Shown one piece after another: positions 26,701-36,274 of a stretch of 64,000 nucleotides of DNA. The notes beneath the pieces are model-generated. The model did not search any database, had not been told where the DNA came from, and saw only the letters and a program-made list of their open reading frames with translations. Within the stretch, counting starts at the first letter, position 1. Each line of letters begins with the position of its first letter. The translations under genes and the position numbers were made by a program. This stretch comes from a virus, in the IMG/VR virus record IMGVR_UViG_3300042878_002532, positions 1 to 64,000 of that record. One strand, 5' to 3'.

Positions 26701-27602
26701 CCTGTTATTTCTATCTTTGTGTCTTTAGGAATAATAGTTACGCCATATCTCTCAAGCCATTTTCCATTTGCATCGTAAAAGTAGTCGGATGCCAAAAAAT
26801 AAATCTGTTTATTGGTTTCTTCGAATACAAAACCGGAGCTATTTTTTATGCTTTCTATAAGCTTTTCTCCTTTAAGTATATCAAATGTTATTTCTATAGG
26901 TACGGTTGCTGTAGACCAGGCCGAAGCCGAAATATATTTACCGGTATAAACCTCTTCTACCACGGGCTCATCGCCGTCTATAGTCAAAGACATTTTATTT
27001 TCCGGCCTGTTTCCTATATCATTGTATATCTTAGTCGTATCTTCTTTAGATATTTCTTTAGCATCTGATCTTTTTGCGGCATCTACCCATATAGGATCTT
27101 TTCTTCTACCATAGACAATATTTTTATAAGAATTTTCTAAATAGCTTTTTGCTAGGTTTATAAAGTCGTCCAATGAATATTGTGCAGTGATTTCACCATA
27201 TTCGACTCGTTTGAGTGAAGTTCCTAAATCATCACGGAATCTTTTTATACCATCTTTGGTTTCTATATCGTTCCAGGGATCATATAAATCACTTCCGTCT
27301 TTAGGATTTTTTTCGGGAAAATCATATAGGTTTGAAAATGCGTAGTAATTATTGACAAATGGGTAATATGTATTTCCGGTAGGATCCTTATCATAGTTCT
27401 TACCCGCAAGCTGTTGTGCGGAAGCTAAATCTCCCTTACTCATCGCTTCTATATCTACGATCCAAATTACACCGTTAACAGTTTCTTCGCCTGGATATTT
27501 AGTTGGCTTAGTAATAGAAAACTTATAGCTTTTACTATAGGCAGCATCTATGAATCCGTTTGTGGTACATGGTATATATGTATCTGTAGGTTTATAAGCC
27601 AT
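23790..27602 (-). CDS. Baseplate hub protein (gp27/gpD-like core) with extra Ig-like and accessory domains
   Basis: GTSFEVLREICKDLKIGFNSNI, YSGEWMIASIKYTF..QEITLARKE; Ig-like ADFSGIQFDQPGDYVVTV; TAATATATA at 27626(-). Confidence 0.65.
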   Translation of the reverse strand: MAYKPTDTYIPCTTNGFIDAAYSKSYKFSITKPTKYPGEETVNGVIWIVDIEAMSKGDLASAQQLAGKNYDKDPTGNTYYPFVNNYYAFSNLYDFPEKNPKDGSDLYDPWNDIETKDGIKRFRDDLGTSLKRVEYGEITAQYSLDDFINLAKSYLENSYKNIVYGRRKDPIWVDAAKRSDAKEISKEDTTKIYNDIGNRPENKMSLTIDGDEPVVEEVYTGKYISASAWSTATVPIEITFDILKGEKLIESIKNSSGFVFEETNKQIYFLASDYFYDANGKWLERYGVTIIPKDTKIEITGYPFPESPDPAGMSASGVDNGSPSGKPTTNPVMTVGKFTLKVKSGPGVIIGVTEVEISGGKADFSGIQFDQPGDYVVTVGSTSPDVEPTEIKFKVLPEPTVIPQESKGVTESNASGTRPIITQIDRPTIEVKPMEFERQGTDKGGSQQVATTIGLTPFLSIGGSQINDRDIISFSLYHEGMIPKVDILFRDTNGMISKQPPRDDTKFDIFLNSRSVNLKYIHLIFKIEEFGRMEAGQYSLSGTLDVSDLYRNKFKVRRGTSFEVLREICKDLKIGFNSNIENTTDTMPWRNVGDKEYKFMEDIIKHSYISEESFMAGYIDFYYCFNYVDIEKEMKRDITNDVGIDTGGIDKPGEKDADKIKSLKLTSEKGQQTSSMYFSKKAERNESTKISMEQGYRTRTKFYDTVKKMFLVFDVDSTTSDGSKSHILKGSEGDKESFDNNYVTKYHGKIDTDNVHKNHNYAVTQNKINLDNMMKNQMDISLPNPNFNLYRFQKIQVFLMKDAATVAAPETVQWRYSGEWMIASIKYTFLNGVLSQEITLARKEMGKDPAEIKEGTNNGTKEKKEEKNENPIVGSASSTITYKPNEKYKVGDIFTVQDSSGKKYILTINKLSENGIDVVTSLKDPFAIPNQTLTSPDTITGVSQSTVADAVPETIVATASGVYRHEVKLELAWGGIDGDYTQARVSDVTNNHAQLTSSGNLISAEDNIKDSKSLFIAIKRPFPTYKPSEDWQKALTPFNWTVFELSDQGINDFFTNDVVISPYSNNNSYNILDSGNPKIYESLKYRIFYGQEKWGHLKENGEKLWGFDAWSVPKGTIRVLDSDGNVVKEFGDTNNSTSTTAQVKGGFAGTPPKYEYSRWFAYPGDGSPTASVLVAPDQEYTPVGGENTLYYDMTTGFKPGVYTLEVKYYVPLYVKINHDGENAGKPYNGTGMWEVERQRLMTKDPVTNHNPYELKTLKATFNIVKKSQKK

Positions 27603-27638
27603 TTGATATTTTTGTTTTTGTTCTTTATATATTAAAAA

Positions 27639-27827
27639 CTATCGGTCTGAGAGAAGAATGTCGAGCTTTATTTCTCTAATGGATTCGACGACTTCTTTCT
27701 CCAAAGACTCTCTTATTATTCCTTGAGCTATTAGGTTCATTATATTCACACAGGATAAGTCAACCTCTATTCCTTTGTAGAAAACCTGCCCAGAATCTTC
27801 AATCTTCAGGTCTTTCATCCATATCAT
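27639..27827 (-). CDS. Small protein with C-terminal REIKLDILL tag
   Basis: 62 aa, overlapping the uvsW stop. Confidence 0.65.
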   Translation of the reverse strand: MIWMKDLKIEDSGQVFYKGIEVDLSCVNIMNLIAQGIIRESLEKEVVESIREIKLDILLSDR

Positions 27828-29431
27828 AGGTTAATCTTTAACATTTTATAAGGATACTTTCTTTTTATGTAAAAAGATTCTCTTTCTTTGTAGTGTCTGA
27901 AAAGTGCGTTATTCATATCGTTTGCATCAAAGATGTCGACTAAGTCAAATATGTTTACTTTGTCTTTGTCTGAATGAAGTCTCAATCCCCTTCCAATTGA
28001 TTGTATAATAATCTGTTCTGATTTGAAAGAGTCTGCAAATATAACGTTGAAGATTGCGTTAATAGATACACCTGTTGAAAGAGTTCCAAACGAAGCGACT
28101 AGAACCCTAACTTTTCCGTCAGTTACTTCCATTTGTTTCTTTATTTCCTCTCTTTTTCTTCCACTTACTTCACCATCAATGTAGAAAAACTCTTTATCAT
28201 CGATTTCTCTTTTGAGTTTGTCAAAGATCCTTTGTCCATTCTCTATCGTATGAAAAAGTAAAAGTGTATTATTAGTACATTTTTGTACAAGTGTTCTTAT
28301 AAAGTCTAATCTTTTGTCTGATTGGTGTATGAAAGTCTTCTCAAAATCAAATGCTGCCTTTCCATCTCCACTTTTTCTAACAAGTTTTAGTCTTTCGTTG
28401 AACTCTAAATGATTGTGATTCATCACAACAACTCTTATCTCCATCGGTGTTATGATACCTTTCTTTTTTAACTCATCTGCACTAACTTCTGTTATTTTTG
28501 GACCCAGAACTGATTGAATAGTAAGTATCTCACACGACTCATCCAATGGAAAAGTACCAGATACACCAAATCTACAATAAGCATGACCAAATGTGTATTC
28601 TAATATCTTAGTGATTGTCTTTGCTTTTGCACCATGTGCTTCATCTGTTGCAACCGTGTGGAATTTTTCAAAGAATTCTTTAGGCCATTTCTCTAAAGAT
28701 TGGTATGTTCCAATATAAACATTAGGATTTTCTGTTCCTGAGAACTTTCTTGGTCTGTCTGACATTACTTCCTCAACTCTTACGGTACATGGCAAATGTC
28801 CGGTTGAAAGAACGGTGGTATTTTTATCTCTCATTTCTAAAAGATTGTTTATACCATAGTTATATTCTACTATGTTGTCATAGAATTGTGTTACTAAAGT
28901 TATCGAAGGTACTATGATAAGAAACTTTGCATCTTCTTCGATGTTTTTAAGTGTGTAAAACATCACTATAGATATGATAAGTGATTTACCACCTGATGTA
29001 GCAACTTCTGCCATACAATATCTGTTCTTTAGTATCTTATATGCTGCCTCTATTTGGTGTTCATATGGCATGAACGGAACCCATTCTCCTTCTTTTGTTC
29101 TTACTTTGTGTGTTTTGAAAAAATCTTTACAGAAATCTTGTACCTTTTCTAAAGTAACATCTCTGTTTATAGGGAAGTCTAGTTTGTTTTCTAACTGAAA
29201 AGGCATTTCAATCTCTTTACATCCTCTCATAGCTTCTTTCCATAGACCTAAGCTTATTCTACCATTTTTGAAGAACGTCATGTTTCCATCCCAGACTCCT
29301 ATTTTAACCATAGGGTGGAACTTCCAGCCTTTAACCTTTCTTGTAAGCCAAAGTTGCATTTGGTGGTATTCGATTCTTGTCGCTTCTGATACTACTATTT
29401 CTTCTGTCTCTTTATCATATCTAAATTTCAT
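27824..29431 (-). CDS. uvsW: UvsW-like SF2 DNA helicase
   Basis: PYEHQ, ATSGGKS, DEAH, SGT, STGVSI, QSIGRGLR. Confidence 0.92.
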   Translation of the reverse strand: MKFRYDKETEEIVVSEATRIEYHQMQLWLTRKVKGWKFHPMVKIGVWDGNMTFFKNGRISLGLWKEAMRGCKEIEMPFQLENKLDFPINRDVTLEKVQDFCKDFFKTHKVRTKEGEWVPFMPYEHQIEAAYKILKNRYCMAEVATSGGKSLIISIVMFYTLKNIEEDAKFLIIVPSITLVTQFYDNIVEYNYGINNLLEMRDKNTTVLSTGHLPCTVRVEEVMSDRPRKFSGTENPNVYIGTYQSLEKWPKEFFEKFHTVATDEAHGAKAKTITKILEYTFGHAYCRFGVSGTFPLDESCEILTIQSVLGPKITEVSADELKKKGIITPMEIRVVVMNHNHLEFNERLKLVRKSGDGKAAFDFEKTFIHQSDKRLDFIRTLVQKCTNNTLLLFHTIENGQRIFDKLKREIDDKEFFYIDGEVSGRKREEIKKQMEVTDGKVRVLVASFGTLSTGVSINAIFNVIFADSFKSEQIIIQSIGRGLRLHSDKDKVNIFDLVDIFDANDMNNALFRHYKERESFYIKRKYPYKMLKINL

Positions 29432-29574
29432 TTAAAAGTGAATATTTTTTCTTTCATGTTATATATTAAAAATCATTGATTGTTTAAAAACCCTTGTTTT
29501 TATTATTTTTTTGACGTTTTTAGTGGAGGGAAGAAAGTTTTGCTGATATATACTAAAAAATAAAAAGTAAAAGC

Positions 29575-29934
29575 ATGAAAAAGTTGATATCATTCTTTAA
29601 GAATCTTTTCGCTAAAGAAGAAGCGGTTGTTGAAGTTGCTCACAAAGTTGAGGAAGTTAAAGCAGAAGCAGTTCACGTAGTTGAAGAAGTTAAAGAAGTT
29701 GTTGAGAAGGTAAAAGAAATCGTAAAAGAAGCGCCTACTAAACAAATCGAAGAAAGATTGGCTGAAGTAGCTACAGAGAAAAAAGAAGAGCCAAAGGTTA
29801 CTGCAAAAGAAATCAAGGCTAAAGTAAGAAGACCTGCTGCACCTAAAGCAGTTGTTGAAGCTACTGAAGTTGAAGCTACTGAAGTTAAAAGAAAACCAAC
29901 CAGAAGAAAGCCTAAGGCTAAGAAAGCTGAATAA
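29575..29934 (+). CDS. Lys/Glu/Ala/Val-rich protein with basic C-tail
   Basis: Low complexity; amphipathic N-terminus MKKLISFFKNLF; ends KRKPTRRKPKAKKAE. Confidence 0.7.
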   Translation: MKKLISFFKNLFAKEEAVVEVAHKVEEVKAEAVHVVEEVKEVVEKVKEIVKEAPTKQIEERLAEVATEKKEEPKVTAKEIKAKVRRPAAPKAVVEATEVEATEVKRKPTRRKPKAKKAE

Positions 29935-29951
29935 TTTTCTTTTAGAAATTT

Positions 29952-29981
29952 AAAAAGCCACTCAAATTGAGTGGCTTTTTT
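29952..29981. terminator. Bidirectional terminator, CCACTCA family
   Basis: AAAAAGCCACTCAA-A-TTGAGTGGCTTTTT. Confidence 0.9.
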
Positions 29982-29994
29982 AGTGTTAGTATTT

Positions 29995-30648
29995 TTAGAA
30001 AGGCAGGTCGTGATTTTCTAAGTGTGTTTCTGGGTTGTAAATGTATAAAAATATTCTATCAATCTTATTAGGACTTTCTATACCATTTAGTTCAAACCAA
30101 GAATCTATGTTTGGTTTTGCTCCTTTGTAAAGAGTTTTTGGTAGCTTGCGGTCTCTTGAAAAACCATCGGAAGATATTGCTTCAAATATAAAGTGAAAAT
30201 CTGTATTATCAATCATTTCAAGCTTTGAGAAAGCATCCTTTATATCTTCTTTGACTTCTTCGATACTTTTATGTCTGAGTCCTTTCATCTTTATAATAAA
30301 CTCGCCGTTATTGTCGTTTGAATCTTCGTGTAGCTCATCCGTGTTGTCTATTAAGTCTCTTATACAATCTTTTATTGCATCCTCATCTGAGTCTATTCTA
30401 AACATTTTGAAGAAGTCTTCAAACGAATCTTCGTTTTTTACATTTCTCTGCCAATGGATCATGGAATCCGTGTTCATGCAAGAGATTAGATCCTTTAATC
30501 TTTTTCTAGTGTTAGAGGTGTATTTCTCGGATTGTAAAAGCTCTATAAGAGGTTTTACCTTTTCCCAATCTTCTGCAGATACCGTAGCATGTGGTATAAG
30601 TTCTTTATCCACATTAGATTCTGTTATTAGTTTTGAGAACTTTTTCAT
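29995..30648 (-). CDS. Hypothetical protein, CTS-like N-terminus (MKKFSKLITES)
   Basis: ORF 29995..30654; TAATATATA at 30654-30662 favours the Met at 30648. Confidence 0.7.
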   Translation of the reverse strand: MKKFSKLITESNVDKELIPHATVSAEDWEKVKPLIELLQSEKYTSNTRKRLKDLISCMNTDSMIHWQRNVKNEDSFEDFFKMFRIDSDEDAIKDCIRDLIDNTDELHEDSNDNNGEFIIKMKGLRHKSIEEVKEDIKDAFSKLEMIDNTDFHFIFEAISSDGFSRDRKLPKTLYKGAKPNIDSWFELNGIESPNKIDRIFLYIYNPETHLENHDLPF

Positions 30649-30666
30649 AAACATATATATTAAATC

Positions 30667-30692
30667 AAAAAAGCCTCATTTTATTGAGGCTT
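30667..30692 (-). terminator. Intrinsic terminator
   Basis: AAGCCTCA..TGAGGCTT hairpin with a minus-strand T run. Confidence 0.65.
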
Positions 30693-31133
30693 GTTTATTA
30701 TTTCTAGTACTTCGTCTATCTTTTTGTTTCTTTCTTCTCGTATTCTTCTCTGTTCATCGAAAACATTGGCATACCTGAAACTTATAGATCCGTCGTTTTC
30801 TTTTAGTATGTCGTAGAAGTAGGTTATACTCGATTCGATAGATTCGGATCTAAGTATGTAGCCAATACAGGTTTCTAAATCTTGAAACTTCAATGTTTGT
30901 GTCGACACCGATTTTTGAATTAGTTTGTTGTTTACTACTTCACTAAATTGAAATGTCGGTGATTGTGATATGTAGTCTATTCTTTCATGTACTTGTTCAA
31001 AGAAGTATTCCAATTCTTGATCAGAAAGAATACTGACATCAAAAGAGAACTTCATTCTCAAAGAATTTTTAGACTTTACGTCTTTTATCAGTTCTTTAAT
31101 CTTATCATCTTTTGATAGTTGTGTAAGATTCAT
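30681..31133 (-). CDS. Hypothetical protein with C-terminal RNKKIDEVLE tag
   Basis: 150 aa directly downstream of clpP. Confidence 0.7.
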   Translation of the reverse strand: MNLTQLSKDDKIKELIKDVKSKNSLRMKFSFDVSILSDQELEYFFEQVHERIDYISQSPTFQFSEVVNNKLIQKSVSTQTLKFQDLETCIGYILRSESIESSITYFYDILKENDGSISFRYANVFDEQRRIREERNKKIDEVLEIINKPQ

Positions 31134-31138
31134 TCATA

Positions 31139-31813
31139 CTATTTTCTTTTTTGTATGATTTCGTCAATCATTCCATACTTTTTAGCCTCTGATGCAGTCA
31201 TCCAATAATCTCTTTCACTATCTTTGTAGACTTTATCGTAGACTTGACCGGTAGTATCTGAAATTATTTCATAAAGTTCCTTTTTCAAAGAGTTTATTTC
31301 CTTTGCTTCGATTTCCATGTCTGTTGCTTGAGCATAACCTGTATATCCAAGTGGTTGGTGTATCATTGTTCTACTTCTTCTAAGTGCTTTTCTTTTACCT
31401 TTAGTTCCAGAACAAAGTATTACTGCCGCCATAGAGGCTGCAAGTCCTGTGTTTACTGTGATAATGTCTGGTTTAATAAAATCCATTACGTCCAATAGTC
31501 CTAATCCAGAATAGACTGAACCTCCTCCTGAATCAATATAGATTTTTATGTCTTTATCACTTTCCATTTCTAAATATAGAAGTTGAGCTTTGATTATATT
31601 ACAAACATAGTCGTCAACTTCGGTGGATAAAAAGATTATTCTATCTTCTAATAGCTTAGAGAATATGTCAACAGACATTCCGTTGCTTTCTAATAGGTAG
31701 GGTGTGTTGTTGTTTTGTGTTCTTGATACAGTTTTGAAGTAGTCATCGAACGTAGAGCCAGATATACCATTGTCTCTCATATGAGATTTCAGAATCCTTT
31801 CGTTTCTATTCAT
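31139..31813 (-). CDS. clpP: ATP-dependent Clp protease proteolytic subunit
   Basis: DIFSKLLEDRIIFL, GLAASMAA (Ser), MIHQP (His), ERDYWM (Asp). Confidence 0.95.
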   Translation of the reverse strand: MNRNERILKSHMRDNGISGSTFDDYFKTVSRTQNNNTPYLLESNGMSVDIFSKLLEDRIIFLSTEVDDYVCNIIKAQLLYLEMESDKDIKIYIDSGGGSVYSGLGLLDVMDFIKPDIITVNTGLAASMAAVILCSGTKGKRKALRRSRTMIHQPLGYTGYAQATDMEIEAKEINSLKKELYEIISDTTGQVYDKVYKDSERDYWMTASEAKKYGMIDEIIQKRK

Positions 31814-31910
31814 TGGTTTGGTTTTTCTTTTTTATAAAAAAACGGATTGAAAGTTTAATATATAATGTAGTTTATAAATTTAATATATACAAAAAAACAA
31901 CAAAAATCAT

Positions 31911-32222
31911 ATGAAAACTAAAGTAGAAATAAACGGATACGAGATTGAGATCGAAGAAAGAGATGGTCTTATTTCTGTAACAGCAACTTTTGAAGACGAA
32001 GTAGTAGAAGAATTCCAAATCGAGACTGAAGAAGGTCAAGGTGATGAAGAAGGTCAAGAAGACGTTCAAGGATTTGACGAATTTGGTCAAGACGAAGAAG
32101 AAGATTTTGGTCAAGATGACGAAGAAGGTCAGGATGACGAAGATGAAGATGAAGAAGAAGGTCAAAACGAAATGGAAGGAAAATTAGAGTCTTTTCAAGC
32201 TTTCATCAACAAAAAAAAATAA
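31911..32222 (+). CDS. Very acidic small protein (prohead core/scaffold-like)
   Basis: EEGQ/FGQD repeats; TAATATATA at 31881; C-terminal KLESFQAFINKKK. Confidence 0.7.
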   Translation: MKTKVEINGYEIEIEERDGLISVTATFEDEVVEEFQIETEEGQGDEEGQEDVQGFDEFGQDEEEDFGQDDEEGQDDEDEDEEEGQNEMEGKLESFQAFINKKK

Positions 32223-32234
32223 TATAATCCAAAA

Positions 32235-33290
32235 ATGATTAAAAAGTTTAATCAATACATAAAGGAGGACGTTGCAGGAGAAAAACAACTTCTGTATTAT
32301 GCGTTTGACTGGGATGACAATATATTGAGCATGCCAACGGTTATACACATGGACCATCTTATCGATGGTGACTGGGTTCCTGAGGATGTTTCTACCGCAG
32401 ACTTTGCAAAAGTAAGAGGTGATAGTGAGAACTGGAGAGTAATCAACGGTGATCCTGCTGCAGCTTTTTCTGAATTTAGAGATAGTGGACCAAGAGGTGA
32501 TGTTGCTTTCTTGGAAGATACTAAAAATGCAGTCTCTGCACAAAGATTTTCTCCAGCGTGGGAAGATTTCGTAGAGTGTTTAGTAAACGGATCTCTTTTC
32601 GCTATAATAACGGCGAGAGGACATGAAGCACCATCAATGAAAAAAGGAGTTGAGTGGATAATAGACAATGTTCTTTCTGAAGAACAACTATACGAAATGT
32701 ATAACAACCTATTGAAGTTTGCTTATTTATTCAGACATAACAAAGAGTATGATAGAATATTAAAAGGGCAACCATCTGCACATTCACTTGTTCAACTTTA
32801 TTTAGAAAATTGTGAGTTCGTGGGTGTTTCTGCACCATCAAGAGGTGGTTCACCATCTGATCCAGAACAAGCTAAAGAAGATGCACTTCTTCTTTTCATG
32901 GATAGAGTAAACAAATTTGCGGCAAGTGTTGGATATAAAGCCAAAGTTGGATTCTCAGATGATGACTTAGGTAATGTTAGTCATATAGAAAACCTTGCAG
33001 ACAACTTACACCACGAGCAGTTTCCAAACTTATTATTATTTGTGGTTAAAGGTACAAAATATCCTGAAGACATTACTAAGAAAGTAGTTACTTTTGACGA
33101 GTTCAGAGGTGAAATGAAAGAAAGTCAAGATCCTATGACGACAAGCACTATGTCTATGCAAACTCCTAACGCTGCTATGTCGGCTGGTTTAAATAGTAAA
33201 GACCCTTTTGTGACTAGAGCCATTGGTCAGTCAAAACTTTTAACAAAAATGTCTAAAAACACTTTTGGAAAAAGTAAAAAAAAAGATTAG
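32235..33290 (+). CDS. HAD-superfamily phosphatase-like protein with CTS-like N-terminus
   Basis: FDWDDNI, ITARG, K, GFSDDD; begins MIKKFNQYIKE. Confidence 0.75.
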   Translation: MIKKFNQYIKEDVAGEKQLLYYAFDWDDNILSMPTVIHMDHLIDGDWVPEDVSTADFAKVRGDSENWRVINGDPAAAFSEFRDSGPRGDVAFLEDTKNAVSAQRFSPAWEDFVECLVNGSLFAIITARGHEAPSMKKGVEWIIDNVLSEEQLYEMYNNLLKFAYLFRHNKEYDRILKGQPSAHSLVQLYLENCEFVGVSAPSRGGSPSDPEQAKEDALLLFMDRVNKFAASVGYKAKVGFSDDDLGNVSHIENLADNLHHEQFPNLLLFVVKGTKYPEDITKKVVTFDEFRGEMKESQDPMTTSTMSMQTPNAAMSAGLNSKDPFVTRAIGQSKLLTKMSKNTFGKSKKKD

Positions 33291-33320
33291 CCCGAAAGAA
33301 AAAGATTCAGGCAACAAATG

Positions 33321-33349
33321 ATCCGCTTAGTTTTTAAGCGGATTTTTTT
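33321..33349 (+). terminator. Intrinsic terminator
   Basis: ATCCGCTTA..TAAGCGGAT followed by a T run. Confidence 0.75.
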
Positions 33350-33361
33350 AATATATAGAAT

Positions 33362-35212
33362 ATGAAACTAAACAGATACTTAGACTTTATATCAGAAGGT
33401 ACCGGTAGTGGTAAAATGATGATATTCTACTCGGATGACCTGAGAGAGCTTTTCACACACATAGCGATGAGCGAGAGTTCCGCAAAAAATGTGGCAAGAG
33501 TACTTTTGGAAGTTGAAGACAACGACACCGTGAAAGACACTTATACTTTGATAGACAAAACCGACAAGAACGACATGATTTCGTATGTTCAGACAAGTAG
33601 GTTCTACAGAGAGTATCCTAACGGAATCTCGAGTCCGGATTTGGAAAAAGAAAGAGGTTACTCCATGAAGAGTAGCAAGTTCTGGAAAAGTGGAAGAACT
33701 CCTAACTACGGAATAGGAAGATGGGTAAGACACATATTCAACGACGTTCGTCAGACTCCTATAAAGAACGAAGATCTTGAGAGTTTTGTGAACGCCTACA
33801 AGTCTACCTACGATACAATGGCCAAACGTTCTGAAAAATTTAAATTGGTAAAAGGTGAGGATATAAGATACTGGTATTTAGAAGACAGATACGAAGAAGT
33901 GAGTGGACAGCTTGGAAACTCTTGTATGAGATACAAAAGATGTCAGTCATATCTGGATATCTATGTCGAGAATCCGGAATCGTGTAGTCTGCTTATATTG
34001 AAAGGTAATGATCCAGACAAGATAGCAGGACGTGCACTTATCTGGACTATACACGAAGGTCCAGGTGTTGCTGGAAGAAGGTTCATGGACAGGATCTACA
34101 CGATAAAGGACAGCGACAAGATTCTTTTTGAGGCATACGCGAAAGAGAACGATATTCTTAGATCACAATCTTATACGTACAAAATAAAGGTTAAGGAAGG
34201 TAGGTACGACTACTATCCTTATATGGACACGCTTACGTGCTATGATTATGAAAAAGGGATTCTATCTTCTTCTCTTGATGGCGAAGATATTTTAGGTCTA
34301 CAAAACACGGATGGAACCGCATCGGACAACGAAGGAAGAGTTTGGAGTGAGTATCACGGTGAGTATATAGACGAGGATGACGCCAGATATTGTGAAGACG
34401 TTGACGGTCCCGTGCACTATGAGAGCACGGTTTGGTTAGAATATTTAGACATATATGTTACCGATAATGCAGATACGGTTTATAGCGAATATTTTGATGG
34501 AAGCTACTATAGTGAAGATGCCGTTCGTTCGGAATGTATGGATGACTATCTAAAAGCAAACGATAGTGATGTTATAGAGATTAAAACTAGTGCGGATGGA
34601 GACACCGATTATTGTGTTTTAGATCGTAAGGACCTATATATTGAGGTAGATGACGAATATTACTATAGAAAGAATTATATATTAGATCCTTACACAGGTG
34701 AATATCATTTCGGTGATGAGAAGGTTGATGGTGTGAAATATATCAAATATTTAGAGAATAAGTTAGAAGAAGAACTTGAAGTAAAAGAGAAATATACTCT
34801 AGCAGGTGGAAAGTTTGATTTAGAAAAATATAGAACCGATCTTAAAAAGATGTTTGTCGAATATGTTCCTACCGATGACTTCATAAAAGAAGTGAAGACA
34901 AAGGGTGGTGATAATAGTTATTACTATCATTTACCTGGACTATATGCTTGGATAATAAGAGACCAGATGAATTATGGAACCATAAATGCAGGTTATCAAT
35001 CAAGTGCAGCATTGTCTAGCTACAAGAAACTTTTATTTGATATTTTGGAAGAGATGTCTGAAGAATTTGATAAAGAAAATATTAAATTATGGTACGATGA
35101 TAAGTTTTCACGCTCTTGGAATCTAAGATCCGTATTTAAAATATTTGACAATATAGACATCACTAAATTTCCTACGGAAATATACAAAAGAATATTCTTT
35201 TTTAACATATGA
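33362..35212 (+). CDS. Conserved phage protein (SCM..GRALIW..MDRIY..YPYMDT), CTS-like N-terminus
   Basis: 616 aa; MKLNRYLDFISE; TAATATATA ends 4 nt before the ATG. Confidence 0.75.
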   Translation: MKLNRYLDFISEGTGSGKMMIFYSDDLRELFTHIAMSESSAKNVARVLLEVEDNDTVKDTYTLIDKTDKNDMISYVQTSRFYREYPNGISSPDLEKERGYSMKSSKFWKSGRTPNYGIGRWVRHIFNDVRQTPIKNEDLESFVNAYKSTYDTMAKRSEKFKLVKGEDIRYWYLEDRYEEVSGQLGNSCMRYKRCQSYLDIYVENPESCSLLILKGNDPDKIAGRALIWTIHEGPGVAGRRFMDRIYTIKDSDKILFEAYAKENDILRSQSYTYKIKVKEGRYDYYPYMDTLTCYDYEKGILSSSLDGEDILGLQNTDGTASDNEGRVWSEYHGEYIDEDDARYCEDVDGPVHYESTVWLEYLDIYVTDNADTVYSEYFDGSYYSEDAVRSECMDDYLKANDSDVIEIKTSADGDTDYCVLDRKDLYIEVDDEYYYRKNYILDPYTGEYHFGDEKVDGVKYIKYLENKLEEELEVKEKYTLAGGKFDLEKYRTDLKKMFVEYVPTDDFIKEVKTKGGDNSYYYHLPGLYAWIIRDQMNYGTINAGYQSSAALSSYKKLLFDILEEMSEEFDKENIKLWYDDKFSRSWNLRSVFKIFDNIDITKFPTEIYKRIFFFNI

Positions 35213-35772
35213 AAAACGTAAAGACATATGAAGGATTCCTAGACTTCTTCAAAAGAAAACCAAAAAGTACAGAACCAGTTTATATGGATGATATAAAAGA
35301 GTGTGGGTACGACTTTTTACATGACAACAGAATAGCCACTTACGTCGATGGATCAACTCCAGGTGGTATTGGTCATGACTTTGATGATATTTTTGGAATA
35401 AAAAGAGGAATAGATTTGACACACGACTATGAAGATTTAATGAACGATACTATGAATCTACCACGTAACGTAAGAGGAAACATGATGATTATACAATTTC
35501 GATATTCTTTATACGAAGAAACTACAAGTAGAGAAAATTATAAATACGTTTCGAGAAATGAAATGTCTGAGATGTTGAAAGACTTCGCAGATAAGTTAGA
35601 GACATTGGATTGTAAGGCGAGTTTTTATCTTGCTTGGGGTTATGACGAAGGACGTACAGATGACAAAGAATACAAAAACATTGATAAAGTTATAGACGTT
35701 ATATACAAAACTGATAGAACTCCATTGGTAACGATGAAAATAACTGCACCTTCTGATATAATAGTCGATTAA
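35209..35772 (+). CDS. Hypothetical protein, CTS-like N-terminus (MKNVKTYEGF)
   Basis: ATGA-coupled to the upstream gene. Confidence 0.75.
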   Translation: MKNVKTYEGFLDFFKRKPKSTEPVYMDDIKECGYDFLHDNRIATYVDGSTPGGIGHDFDDIFGIKRGIDLTHDYEDLMNDTMNLPRNVRGNMMIIQFRYSLYEETTSRENYKYVSRNEMSEMLKDFADKLETLDCKASFYLAWGYDEGRTDDKEYKNIDKVIDVIYKTDRTPLVTMKITAPSDIIVD

Positions 35773-35778
35773 TTTCCT

Positions 35779-35786
35779 TATCTTTG
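35779..35786 (+). promoter_or_regulatory. Bacteroidetes -7 element (TATCTTTG)
   Basis: TAnnTTTG ending 4 nt before ATG 35791. Confidence 0.45.
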
Positions 35787-35790
35787 TTAA

Positions 35791-36243
35791 ATGAATAGAA
35801 TTTATTTAGACGATATAAGAACTCCATTAGAGCAAGACTGGATTGTAGTAAGAAACTTAGAAGAGTTTTCCAAAAAGATTCAAGAGATTGGACTTGAAAA
35901 TATTTCGCACATATCTCTCGACCACGACCTTGATAAGTCTGCGATGGATGAATACTTCAATAACGTAGCAAAGAACTACACAATCGATTACAGCAAGATT
36001 ATAGAGCCAACCGGTCTCGACTGTGTGAAGTGGATTGTAGACCATTTCTATAAGATGAATCCAAAGAGAAGAAAGATGTCTCGATTTGAGAAGAAATCTT
36101 ATCCTATAAAATTCCCTTATATCACTATACATTCACATAACCCTATCGGTTCTGCAAACATGCAAGGCTACATCAACAACTTCTACAAGAACGAAGGTCA
36201 GGAAGAAGATTGTGTTCGAGGTAAGATACCATACAAAGACTAA
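35791..36243 (+). CDS. Cyclic-phosphate-processing receiver-like domain protein
   Basis: IYLDDIRTP, ISLDHDL, TGLDCVKW, IHSHNPIG. Confidence 0.8.
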   Translation: MNRIYLDDIRTPLEQDWIVVRNLEEFSKKIQEIGLENISHISLDHDLDKSAMDEYFNNVAKNYTIDYSKIIEPTGLDCVKWIVDHFYKMNPKRRKMSRFEKKSYPIKFPYITIHSHNPIGSANMQGYINNFYKNEGQEEDCVRGKIPYKD

Positions 36244-36274
36244 ACTTAGAATATGATTTTCTATATCATGTGAT

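Noticed and set aside
11060-29530. GGAG[AG]G elements upstream of TATATA (11060, 11547, 29524) as Shine-Dalgarno sites or a third promoter class
   Set aside because: Too far from start codons for SD; spacing to TATATA is inconsistent and there are few examples.
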